Source: an uncultured Verrucomicrobiota bacterium (GTDB lineage: Bacteria > Verrucomicrobiota > Kiritimatiellia > JAAZAB01). Taken from it: DNA of 64,000 bases. The stretch is taken from assembly GCA_964486075.1 (NCBI GenBank), contig CAZALU010000004.1, positions 4,016 to 68,015 on the forward strand, written 5' to 3'. Shown piece after piece: positions 49,793 through 59,186 of the stretch (position 1 is its first letter; each line of letters opens with the position of its first letter). Both the position numbers and the translations under genes were made by a program. The notes under the pieces are model-generated. The model was not told where the DNA came from, ran no database searches, and saw only the letters and a program-made list of their open reading frames with translations.

Positions 49793-50311
49793 GGAAGCGC
49801 TGCGCTGAATCGGTTCAGGGGGGATATCATCCCAGGCTGCTGAGCCCGGCCATGGCCAGCATTTATGAACAACTCGATATGGGAGGTCCACGCTTCAGCG
49901 TGGCTATCCCCGGGCTTGTTCATGCATACATGTTTCGTGATGGGGCGTAAATTTCTCGGGTAACGCCGGGTTGTCCGCATTAGCGCCTTATCCGCGCGAA
50001 ACCGGTATCACAAACAAGGTATCAGGGATTCCGTCTGTGGCTGATCCGCCTTCGGCGGCAAACCCTGCGTTATAGTGTTTCAGACAAATAGGCTCCATAG
50101 CACAATTTATGGCTTTAAAAAAATCCGAATTATATCCATTTTCAAATCGGCCGCTTGAGGCAGTTTCAGAACGGCGTTCGCATCCGAACCCTGCGGCAAC
50201 CCGCTGTCCACCGCACAAATAGATGGAAAAATTAGGGGAACAATGCTAAAAACTCCACTAACGGGCGAGCACTGAAACCAGGCAGACAGGCCGCACCGGT
50301 TCAAAAGCTAG

Positions 50312-50393
50312 GCTCCCGTGGCGGAATTGGCAGACGCGCATGGCTTAGGACCATGTCTCTCACGAGGTGAAGGTTCGAGTCCTTTCGGGAGCA
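50312..50393 (+). tRNA. tRNA-Leu (anticodon TAG), CCA not encoded
   Basis: 7-bp acceptor stem GCTCCCG/CGGGAGC. D-loop GCGGAATTGGCAGACGC. Anticodon loop CTTAGGA. Long variable arm (class II). T-arm GGTTCGAGTCC. Confidence 0.85.
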
Positions 50394-50419
50394 CTCATCG
50401 CAGCTTGTCCAACAAGCTG

Positions 50420-51589
50420 CTATCCGTAATATTTCCGGATCCACGAATTGAGCAGGTCTTCCTCAACCTTGATGATCGCCATTTCGCGCTCGGCGTTTTC
50501 GACGGAATCGGAGGCATGAGCTGCATTAACCATGACGTCTAACCCGAATTCGCGTCGTACAGAACCTGGTTGGGCCTTGTTGGGATCGGTAGCCCCGAGC
50601 AGTTTCCGTATTTTTTCAATGGCATTATCGCCGCCGTATATCATGGCCAGGCACTTATGAAGTCCATCCTTGCAGCGGTCCTGCGGGACGCAATTGGGCG
50701 GGTAATAACCGGTCATAAACTTTACAATCTGGTTGAACTGTTCGTCGCCCAGTAGAGGCCCTAAATGTTCAGTGAGCACGGTCTTGACCCTGGCGGGGAT
50801 TTCCATTCTGAACTCCGCTTCCAGCGCCTTGGTGGCGCGCTCGGCGATCTGATGCTTCATCTTTTCGCGCAGCACATTGCGCACCGGCCCGTAAAACTCT
50901 TCTGCCTGGATCACACTCATGCGGTGCACCTTGGCCGCCAGGATACGCAACCCGGAACGTGAGAGCAAATCGATGATATTCCCCGGCCGGGCCGTCGGAA
51001 ATCGGAAATTGTCCGGCTTGATGATCACCAGAGTTTTCTGCCAGCCCGGCTTCTGCATGTTGATGTCCACGGTGGATTTGAGCAGTCCTCCATCCGTCAG
51101 GGAATAACTGCTCCAAAGCTTGAGCGCGGCAGCGTTCTCTTCCCGGTCGGGTCCGATCAATACCGCCGGCTCGAAATATTGCACCTTGCCTTCTTCATCG
51201 ACCACATAATCGCCAAAAGTGTCCCGGATTGTTTCCCCACCGCCCGTGATCACCGGCCCGGCCACCTCAGACACCTTGGCCACAGCATCCTCCCCCTCCA
51301 AAAGGATCATCATCACCCGCCGTGGCAGGCCGGTTGCATTGTCCGGCGCATAGGATTTTTCAACATAATCCGCCAGCAGGTTGTTGACTTTTTGGTCCTG
51401 GTTGGTGTTCTGGCGGATCAGGCCCGCATATTCCTCCACCAGCTTCCGGCTGGGGGCAAACATACGCGTCGCCACCAGATCCAATCCCGTGCGGCTCATG
51501 AAACGGCCGATTACTCCGCCGGTTCTGGACTTGGCAATTGTGTGCGGATTGATTAAAACAAAGGCCAATTCGTTCTTTAGGTCAGTCAT
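50420..51589 (-). CDS. ndk: tandem-domain nucleoside diphosphate kinase (degenerate N-terminal NDK domain + catalytic C-terminal NDK domain)
   Basis: Domain 2: TLVIIKPDNF ... GSVRREFGLDVMVNAAHASDSVENAEREM (NxxHxSD catalytic His present). Domain 1: AFVLINPHTIAKSRTGGVIGRF... NDK-like but lacks the HGSD motif. Confidence 0.75.
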   Translation of the reverse strand: MTDLKNELAFVLINPHTIAKSRTGGVIGRFMSRTGLDLVATRMFAPSRKLVEEYAGLIRQNTNQDQKVNNLLADYVEKSYAPDNATGLPRRVMMILLEGEDAVAKVSEVAGPVITGGGETIRDTFGDYVVDEEGKVQYFEPAVLIGPDREENAAALKLWSSYSLTDGGLLKSTVDINMQKPGWQKTLVIIKPDNFRFPTARPGNIIDLLSRSGLRILAAKVHRMSVIQAEEFYGPVRNVLREKMKHQIAERATKALEAEFRMEIPARVKTVLTEHLGPLLGDEQFNQIVKFMTGYYPPNCVPQDRCKDGLHKCLAMIYGGDNAIEKIRKLLGATDPNKAQPGSVRREFGLDVMVNAAHASDSVENAEREMAIIKVEEDLLNSWIRKYYG

Positions 51590-51746
51590 AGTAATGCCTC
51601 TTTATAACTTTTTGCTTATAAGAATACGTAAAAACTAGCTTGTTATGCAAGCAAAAAACAGCATAAGCTTTACCTTGCGCAAAGACGCAGAGTCGCAATG
51701 AGTTGGAAAACCCAGAAGATATGATTGTTTTCAAGAATATACCTTA

Positions 51747-53150
51747 ATGGCCTCTCCCATCCCCATCCATGCCGTCCGCAAACAAGCTGAGCTATGCCTT
51801 GGCTTGCTGTGCGACCTGGAATCGGCGGTGGCCCGAGGTCGGCCGCTGGATCAGCTGCTGGCCCAATACTACCGCCGACACAGGGAATTCGGCTCGCGTG
51901 ACCGGCGTTTTTTTTCGGCTCTGGCCTTTGCCTGGTTCCGTTGGCGGGGTTGGCTGAGCACGCCTTCGCAACCCAACGCCTTGGATGGCGTTGTGGCTTG
52001 GCTCCTTGACGCCCCGGACCTGCACCCGGCCGTTGAATTGCTGGCTGGCCAATTGCCGCCTGCCCCCTTTCCCTGGCAAGCGCTGGGCAGCATGGCGCTG
52101 CCCGACAAGGCACACATCCTCGGTCAATGGCAACAACGCCCGCCGCTGAAATTAGACGCCCTGGTGCCCGGCTGGTTCGCCGACGCGCTGTACTATCCGG
52201 ACGGTGTCATCCGGTCCGACCATCTTCATCTTTGCCTGCAGTCATTCCAGGTCCGCCCGTCAACCTGGCTTAGAATCCGAGCCGGACGCGAGCCTGAAAT
52301 CATTGCGCGATTGAACCAAGAAATTACCACCCAAAAAACGGGCCGGACTGTAGCCGACTTCGCTGAAGTTGGTCTTCATTTTCCGAACCGCGATCACCGA
52401 TCGCGGCTACAATATAATTTCCTGCCAGATCAAGCCTGCCCTGCCACGACCCATCCCCGCCTGCCGCAGGCGGTTTGCATACCAACAGGCTGCAACTTGG
52501 AAACACTTCAACAAACACCGCACATCGAGATCCAAGACCTGGCATCGCAATGCGTCGGACTGGTCTGCGCGCCCGATCCCGGCGAGAGCTGGTGGGATGC
52601 CTGTGCGGGATCCGGCGGAAAGAGCTTTCACCTGGCCGACCTGATGAACGGTCAAGGCTCAATCCTGGCCACCGATATCCGTGAGCATAGCCTTCGGGAA
52701 TGCCGGCGACGGATGCTGCGAAATCATGCCAAAAGGATCAGCCTCAGAGCCTGGGATGGCGCCGCCGGCACGGCGCCGGATTGCCAGTTTGATGGAGTAT
52801 TGCTGGATGCACCCTGTTCCGGGCTTGGCACCTGGCATCGGAATCCCGACGCTCGCTGGCGCACGCCGCCGGAAACCGTGGCCCGCCAGGCCGCACTTCA
52901 ATCAAGCCTATTGCGGATCTGCGCGGGAAAAGTCCGGTCTGGCGGGCGGCTGGTGTATTCCGTCTGCACCCTCGCCGACGCCGAGACATCCGGTGTAATT
53001 GAAGGCTTCCTGGCAGAGCATAGAGATTTTCGGATAGATTCACCGGCGCATCCGCTAACGGGAGAATCCACCCAAGGCCCGATCTGGATCTGGCCCTGGC
53101 AGGGCAACTGCAACGGCATGTTCATCGCCGTCATGCTGAAGAAAGTGTAA
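51747..53150 (+). CDS. rsmB: NOL1/NOP2/Sun-family RNA m5C methyltransferase (RsmB-like)
   Basis: DACAGSGGKS SAM motif. LLDAPCSGLGTWHRNPDARW catalytic Cys motif. N-terminal NusB-like region. Confidence 0.8.
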   Translation: MASPIPIHAVRKQAELCLGLLCDLESAVARGRPLDQLLAQYYRRHREFGSRDRRFFSALAFAWFRWRGWLSTPSQPNALDGVVAWLLDAPDLHPAVELLAGQLPPAPFPWQALGSMALPDKAHILGQWQQRPPLKLDALVPGWFADALYYPDGVIRSDHLHLCLQSFQVRPSTWLRIRAGREPEIIARLNQEITTQKTGRTVADFAEVGLHFPNRDHRSRLQYNFLPDQACPATTHPRLPQAVCIPTGCNLETLQQTPHIEIQDLASQCVGLVCAPDPGESWWDACAGSGGKSFHLADLMNGQGSILATDIREHSLRECRRRMLRNHAKRISLRAWDGAAGTAPDCQFDGVLLDAPCSGLGTWHRNPDARWRTPPETVARQAALQSSLLRICAGKVRSGGRLVYSVCTLADAETSGVIEGFLAEHRDFRIDSPAHPLTGESTQGPIWIWPWQGNCNGMFIAVMLKKV

Positions 53151-53198
53151 TTGACCACAGGCTGCAAAACAAAACTCCTGACGGTCTGTTCCGAAGAT

Positions 53199-53807
53199 TC
53201 ATTCCAGCCACTGGACCAGATTCGAAGTCGGCAGCCTATCCGTACACGGGACATCGTCGGGCAGGACAGGTGCCCCGGCGGGCGGACCGGACTGGTCCGG
53301 CTCAACTCGCGGCCAACCGACAGTGAAGACGATGGCGGGCTTGATGGAAGCCGGCCAGCCGACCAATTTCCGGATCACGCCGGGCCGGATCCATCCGATC
53401 CAGCAGGTGCCCAGCCCCAGCTCTGTCGCCTGGAGCACGAGGTGTTCCCCGGCAATGCCCAGGTCGATCAACGGGTAATCCACGCCTGAGAACAAGGGCG
53501 CAAGCCGGTGCGTGACGACCGCCCGGCGCAGCCCCATCACGATCAAAACCGGCGCTTCCGCCACCCATCCGGCCGCTAGCCCTGGCAACAGACCCCGTGA
53601 CGCGATCACCGCCCGGGTTTCACTCCGAGTGACAACTACAAAGCGCCACGGCTGGCGGTTGCAGGCGGATGGCGCCCGGCGGGCAGCCTCCAGCATGCTT
53701 TCCAAGCGCTCCCGCGGCACAGGGTCCGGTCGATAGGCCCGACAACTCCGCCGGGCATGAATCAAAGCCGCCAATGAAAACTGTTGGTTCCGGGATTGAT
53801 CAGCCAT
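53199..53807 (-). CDS. nitroreductase-family flavoprotein
   Basis: RRSCRAY and APSACNRQPWRFVVV motifs. Confidence 0.8.
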   Translation of the reverse strand: MADQSRNQQFSLAALIHARRSCRAYRPDPVPRERLESMLEAARRAPSACNRQPWRFVVVTRSETRAVIASRGLLPGLAAGWVAEAPVLIVMGLRRAVVTHRLAPLFSGVDYPLIDLGIAGEHLVLQATELGLGTCWIGWIRPGVIRKLVGWPASIKPAIVFTVGWPRVEPDQSGPPAGAPVLPDDVPCTDRLPTSNLVQWLE

Positions 53808-54091
53808 GATATTTCTAAAAACCTTCCAACTTGATGCAACAGGATCACAAACGTGGTTGCCCCGTTTTGTGGTGGTACCCTCGCCACAATCACAGCCCCG
53901 CAGGGGTGCATTATTCGTCAGTTACTGAATGATTCAGGCTAAGTCCTTGTGTTATCGTCTTGAAAAAAAGCCTTGCTGTCTCCACCGCTTCACCACGCCC
54001 GGGCGCAAGTCAGTTCCGTAGGGATTATGCTATAGCACTTCAGGTAAATAACGCAACAAGAACGGCGTTCTAAATTAAACCTAACATAGGA

Positions 54092-54172
54092 ACCCACCCC
54101 TGGCCCCTCCAAGGAGGGGAGCTGATTGGTTTGCAGCATCTTTTCCCCTCCTTGGAGGGGCCAGGGGTGGGT
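54092..54172. repeat. 29-bp perfect inverted repeat (23-nt loop) with nested palindrome CCCCTCCAAGGAGGGG in each arm
   Basis: acccacccctggcccctccaaggagggga ... tcccctccttggaggggccaggggtgggt. Exact reverse complements. Confidence 0.85.
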
Positions 54173-54423
54173 ATCTTGATCTCATGAATTTAATTCCCTG
54201 AACATCTATAGTACCTTTACGGCAAAGTCGCTTTCGAATAAATCCCCTACGGAGCTGCCCCGCTCCCCGCGCCCGGTTGTGTCCAGATTGTTATTGCAAA
54301 TCTAATCTGAAATTCTATAATATCTGTTCAAGAATAAAAAGCCAGTTCAAGCTGAACTGGAATTAAAGACAGCCGGGCTACAAACCCCGTCGAAAAACAA
54401 AACAGGAAAGGAAGAACAACGCC

Positions 54424-54720
54424 ATGAAAAAAGCCATGCGCACCGCCAAAACAGTTCCCTCCAAGCGAGTGGTATTTGAGGTCACGGCCACCCCGAAAAG
54501 TGAAGTCTTCCTGGCTGGCACATTCAACAATTGGGACCCCAAACGAAACCAGATGAAAGACACCCGGGGCACCGGCCATTATTCCACTTCCATAGTGGTG
54601 GCCAAGGGCGAACATGAATACAAGTTCGTGATCAATGGGAGCTGGGTGATTGATCCAGAATGTCAAAATCGGGTGCGCAATTCGCTGGGCACTTTGAACA
54701 GCACCATCAAGGTGGGGTAA
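54424..54720 (+). CDS. standalone CBM48 / AMPK-beta-like glycogen-binding domain protein
   Basis: FNNWDP ... YKFVINGSWVID is the E-set/CBM48 signature. 98 aa. An 8-bp palindrome CCAGTTCAAGCTGAACTGG lies about 80 nt upstream. Confidence 0.7.
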   Translation: MKKAMRTAKTVPSKRVVFEVTATPKSEVFLAGTFNNWDPKRNQMKDTRGTGHYSTSIVVAKGEHEYKFVINGSWVIDPECQNRVRNSLGTLNSTIKVG

Positions 54721-54901
54721 ATCTGGCGCGATTTAGGGCCGACATCTTGGATTTTTTGCCCACCCGCTTTTTTATGATGGCATCAGAGTCAGCTTGCGGC
54801 TCCGTGCGATGCCGTCCTCCAGAAGACGGATCCGCTTGACACTGATGCACTAACCTGCGTTGAGTTTTAATTTGATCATTGTCGCCCTGCCCGTCACATT
54901 A

Positions 54902-56968
54902 ATGGCATTCATGAAACCCGGCGCACAGCATTCCAGACAACAGGGCTCCACAACGGGCTCGACCCCCAACCTGCTGAAGTTGCTGCATGATGATCCGTAT
55001 CTGGCGCCACATGCCGCCCAGATATTCGAGCGCATAGCCCGCTGGCAAGCTGAGGAACAACGCCTGACCGGCGGGACAATGAGTCTGGCGGATTTCGCCT
55101 CCGGCCACGAATATTTCGGACTGCGCCGAGTCGGCCAGGAGTGGATTCTGAGGGAATGGGCGCCAAACGCCACAGGCCTTAGCCTGATCGGCACATTCAC
55201 GGACTGGAAGGAACAACCAGCCTTTGCGTTTCAGCCCCTCGGACGGGATGGCATCTGGGAATTACGGTGTCCGGCTGGTGTCATAAACCATGGGGATATC
55301 TACCGGCTCCACGTCCGCTGGAATGGCGGCGAAGGTGATCGCTTGCCCGCCTATGTCCGGCGGGTGGTGCAGGATAACACCACCAAAATATTCAACGCCC
55401 AGGTCTGGGCGCCGCCGGAAACCTACGCCTGGAAGCAGCCCGCTTACCGGCGTCCGTCCGACGCGCCCCTGATCTACGAAGCCCATGTCGGCATGGCACA
55501 AGAGCAAGGCAAGGTCGGAAGCTACCGCGAATTCACCGCCAACATCCTGCCACGTATCGCGGAGGCCGGCTACAACACGATTCAGGTCATGGCCATTCAG
55601 GAACACCCGTATTATGGATCGTTCGGATACCATGTGACCAATTTCTTCGCCGCCTCCTCGCGCTTCGGTACGCCGGAAGAATTCAAGGAGCTGGTTGACA
55701 CGGCCCATGCCCGGGGTCTGGCCGTGATCATCGATCTGATCCATTCCCACTCCGCCCGGAATGAAGTTGAAGGCTTGAGCCGCTTCGATGGCACGCTCTA
55801 CCAGTATTTTCATGACGGACCGCGCGGAATCCATACGCTATGGGATTCACGCTGTTTCGATTACGGCAGGATCCAGGTCCTGCACTATCTGCTATCCAAC
55901 TGCCGCTTCTGGCTCGACGAATACCATCTCGACGGTTTCCGCTTCGACGGCGTCACCAGCATGCTCTATACCCACCACGGATTGAGCAAGTCCTTCACTT
56001 CATACAACGATTACTTCAACTCCGACGTGGATGAGCAGGCCGTGGCCTATCTGGCCCTGGCAAACAAGGTCATCCATGAGGTCCGGCCCGACGCCATAAC
56101 GGTGGCGGAGGATGTCAGCGGCATGCCCGGCTTGGCAGCGTCCCTGGAGGCCGGCGGCATAGGCTTCGACTATCGCCTCGCCATGGGCGTGCCGGACAAC
56201 TGGATCAAGCTCATCAAGGAAGTGCCGGACGAGCGCTGGCCAATGAATGGAATCTGGCACGAGTTGACCAACAAGCGCAGCGACGAGAAAACGGTGAGCT
56301 ATGCCGAATCGCACGACCAGGCCCTGGTCGGCGACCAGACCCTTATTTTTCGGCTGATTGAGCGGGATATGTATCAACACATGTCGCCGGCAACACGCAA
56401 TTTAAAGGTGGACCGCGGCTTGGCCCTGCACAAGATGATCCGGCTCGTGACGCTGGGCACGGCCGGCAATGCCTACCTCAACTTCATGGGCAACGAATTC
56501 GGCCATCCGGAATGGATTGATTTTCCCCGCGAAGGCAACGGCTGGTCTTACCACTACGCCCGGCGCCAATGGCATCTGCGGGACGACCCCAACCTGCTCT
56601 ATCACTGTCTGGCCGATTTTGACAGGGCCATGCTGGCGCTGGCGCGCTTAACCAAGCTCCTGGACCACCCCGCGCCGCTCCTGCGGGTCGTGCATTGCGA
56701 CAACCTGATCCTGGGATTCGAACGGGCCGGCCTGCTGTTTTTATTCAATTTCCATCCAACCCGTTCCTATCCGGATTACGGCGTGGAAACGATGCCGGGA
56801 GCCTACAACCTGATCCTCAACACTGACGCTCCCCGCTTCGGCGGGCATGGATTGCTGGTCGATGACCAGATTTATATTTCACAACCCGAAAACGACGCGC
56901 CCGCTGCGCGCCACTGGGTCAAGGTCTATCTGCCAAGCCGCACGGCGCTGGTTCTCCGCAAGGAGTAA
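54902..56968 (+). CDS. glgB: 1,4-alpha-glucan branching enzyme, eukaryote-type GH13_8
   Basis: LLKLLHDDPYLAPHAAQIFER N-terminus like eukaryotic GBE1. GH13 catalytic regions DGFRFDGVTSMLY, GNEFGHPEW, ESHDQ. Confidence 0.85.
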   Translation: MAFMKPGAQHSRQQGSTTGSTPNLLKLLHDDPYLAPHAAQIFERIARWQAEEQRLTGGTMSLADFASGHEYFGLRRVGQEWILREWAPNATGLSLIGTFTDWKEQPAFAFQPLGRDGIWELRCPAGVINHGDIYRLHVRWNGGEGDRLPAYVRRVVQDNTTKIFNAQVWAPPETYAWKQPAYRRPSDAPLIYEAHVGMAQEQGKVGSYREFTANILPRIAEAGYNTIQVMAIQEHPYYGSFGYHVTNFFAASSRFGTPEEFKELVDTAHARGLAVIIDLIHSHSARNEVEGLSRFDGTLYQYFHDGPRGIHTLWDSRCFDYGRIQVLHYLLSNCRFWLDEYHLDGFRFDGVTSMLYTHHGLSKSFTSYNDYFNSDVDEQAVAYLALANKVIHEVRPDAITVAEDVSGMPGLAASLEAGGIGFDYRLAMGVPDNWIKLIKEVPDERWPMNGIWHELTNKRSDEKTVSYAESHDQALVGDQTLIFRLIERDMYQHMSPATRNLKVDRGLALHKMIRLVTLGTAGNAYLNFMGNEFGHPEWIDFPREGNGWSYHYARRQWHLRDDPNLLYHCLADFDRAMLALARLTKLLDHPAPLLRVVHCDNLILGFERAGLLFLFNFHPTRSYPDYGVETMPGAYNLILNTDAPRFGGHGLLVDDQIYISQPENDAPAARHWVKVYLPSRTALVLRKE

Positions 56969-57163
56969 TGGCCTAAAGCTGCCCGACTATTGGCCAACGG
57001 CTTCATTCAGAAAAACCAGCATCTGTATTCGTCCTTACCGCCCCCGTCCATTGCCGAGATAGAACGTGCCTTCCGGCACATACGCCATCTCGATCACGCA
57101 CGATTCGATCTCGAATGAGGGTGACGTTTATGGCTGCTGCCTCAGTTCCATTCCGTTCTGGCG

Positions 57164-59178
57164 TGCCTTAGCCTGAAGTTCCAGCCGTTCCGCGATGATC
57201 TTCCCATGTGCATCTTGTTTCCAAGCAACATGATGCAGTTATGAGGACGGCCATTTCCCGTTCCGTTTACTGGGGACAGCCTCAAGGGGTCATGGCCATT
57301 TGACTCCGAGCAGACGAAATGCCTCGCACTGATGTAGGGTTGCCTGTGTGGGCTGCTGGAACCGCGCTGCGTGCTTGCCTTCTCCGACACGACAGGTGTT
57401 GGAACATAGCGTGGCCAGAGAGCTGAGCAGGCCGTTGAAGTGCCGTAGCGGCAGACCATCGTGTGACCGCTTGCTTGTCTTCTTGGCTTGCGCTCCTTCT
57501 GTCGGGATCGCCTTCGCCACAGGATCGCGCGTTGCGCGGGCCTGTGCCAGATTTTCCTCCACGAACAATAACGGAGCCAAGGCTTCGCGCATGTGCCACT
57601 CAACATAGTAAGCCAACATGCACAGGAACATATGCGCCCGAACGCGTGTGTCGAGATGATGGTAGATGGGGCGCATACGCAAATCGAGTCCCTTGAGCGT
57701 CCGGAACGCTTTTTCAACATCCGCCAGCTGCTTGTAGGCGCGCACGGCGTCCTCGGCGCTCAGGGTCTCAACCGGTTCGGGGGTGCGAATGATATAGACG
57801 CCATCGAGCGCCTTCTCACGAGCGATGGAGTCTTCCTTGCGCGACCAACTCAGATGATTGTCGGCGATCTTCAGAGCAAAGTGCTTGGCGACCTTGTAAC
57901 GATTCACTCCTCGTCCGACCTTCTCACCGATTTGCGCGGCACTCAGCGGCGTGGCGGTGCGTCGCGCCACTTGGGCGGCCACTTTACCCAACCACGTCTC
58001 GGTCATCGCCAACAGTTCGGTGCGCGTACGATCCCGATCCATGGCCAGCAATGGATTGAAACACGCGATAAGCCGTTCGCCCGGGAAATCGGGGTGCGTA
58101 ATCTCGGCCAGATTCTTTTGGTCGAAGAGGGGCGTCTCGGTCTGTCCGCGTGACTCGAGCAATTTACGGATATCGCCACTGCGCAAACATGAAATCCACC
58201 CGCAGTTCTCCATCACCCGCAGCTTCTCGATCTGCGCCGAGGTCAGCATGCCACGATCACCCACCAGCACAAAACGGCCTATGCCGAAACGTGTGCGCAA
58301 CGCAGCGACCTGATCAGGAACCGTGGTCGGATCGCCTGTATTGCCGGGGTAAACGGAAATAGCCACCGGCCGCCCGCCCTCGTCGGTGAGCAGGCCGTAG
58401 GCAATGGCCGGCAGTTTCAAACCGTCACGGTTGTGACACCGCGCTGCCAACGAACAATGCGAACCGTAGTAAGAACTGCTGGACAGATCGTAGAACACAC
58501 GGCCGCCGGACTTCAGATGCCGCTGCGCCAACTTCCTTTCAATGAACGACTGACGTTGCCACAACCAGTCCATGGCAGCGTAGAGGTCATCCTCGTTGGC
58601 ATCCTCCACCTCGAAATCAACCGCAAGGGTCGTGTCGGTGAACCGGGCAACCGTGCCCAGCTTGGAATCGGGCCGCAACACGCGCTGCGCGATCATGGCC
58701 AGCACCAAGTCGCGTTCCCGGCACGGCTTTGAAGCGATCAGTTCGGTCATGCCCAGTCGCTCCATCGTGCCTTTCACGGCACGAACATGTCCGGACGGCA
58801 GGGACCGCTCGACGACAAAATAGTCCGTCGCCCCCACCAGGCGTTCGCCCTTGAGCACGGCGCGTAAGGCAACCACCGCCGCTGGCGGCAGTGTGGACAG
58901 GTTGGCCAATGTCCGCTTGATGGTTTTTCCGCCTTCGCGGTGGTCTTCGCGAAGCAATACGGCCGGCGGAGAATTACGATTAGGAACGATAGCGATGTAC
59001 ATGGGGTGACTGTATGGCTTCTATGCTTACATAGCAACATAAATATAAAAGTATTTTTATTATTACATGGGGATAAATGGAACTGAAAACGCGGTGTATT
59101 CCGAGATGTAATTTTGCTTCCCTCAACGGGTTGCGAACAAGAAAGGTGAGTCAAAATGGCTGGAACTTCAGCTTAGCC
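57164..59178 (-). mobile_element. IS1634-family (IS4 superfamily) insertion sequence, ~2.0 kb
   Basis: Transposase ORF 57290..59002. Terminal inverted repeats: left gccttagcctgaagttccagcc (57164..) versus right ggctggaacttcagcttagcc (59158..), with 14/14 identical outer nt. Confidence 0.7.
57290..59002 (-). CDS. IS1634-family DDE transposase
   Basis: DDE_Tnp_1 motifs: VGDRGM, and the C-terminal YKQLADVEKAFRTLK signature (Y-x2-R-x3-E-x-x-F-R-x-x-K). Confidence 0.85.
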   Translation of the reverse strand: MYIAIVPNRNSPPAVLLREDHREGGKTIKRTLANLSTLPPAAVVALRAVLKGERLVGATDYFVVERSLPSGHVRAVKGTMERLGMTELIASKPCRERDLVLAMIAQRVLRPDSKLGTVARFTDTTLAVDFEVEDANEDDLYAAMDWLWQRQSFIERKLAQRHLKSGGRVFYDLSSSSYYGSHCSLAARCHNRDGLKLPAIAYGLLTDEGGRPVAISVYPGNTGDPTTVPDQVAALRTRFGIGRFVLVGDRGMLTSAQIEKLRVMENCGWISCLRSGDIRKLLESRGQTETPLFDQKNLAEITHPDFPGERLIACFNPLLAMDRDRTRTELLAMTETWLGKVAAQVARRTATPLSAAQIGEKVGRGVNRYKVAKHFALKIADNHLSWSRKEDSIAREKALDGVYIIRTPEPVETLSAEDAVRAYKQLADVEKAFRTLKGLDLRMRPIYHHLDTRVRAHMFLCMLAYYVEWHMREALAPLLFVEENLAQARATRDPVAKAIPTEGAQAKKTSKRSHDGLPLRHFNGLLSSLATLCSNTCRVGEGKHAARFQQPTQATLHQCEAFRLLGVKWP

Positions 59179-59186
59179 AGCGCCTG

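Noticed and set aside
50318-50542. 74-aa ORF
   Set aside because: Overlaps the tRNA-Leu gene and the 3' end of ndk. Spurious.
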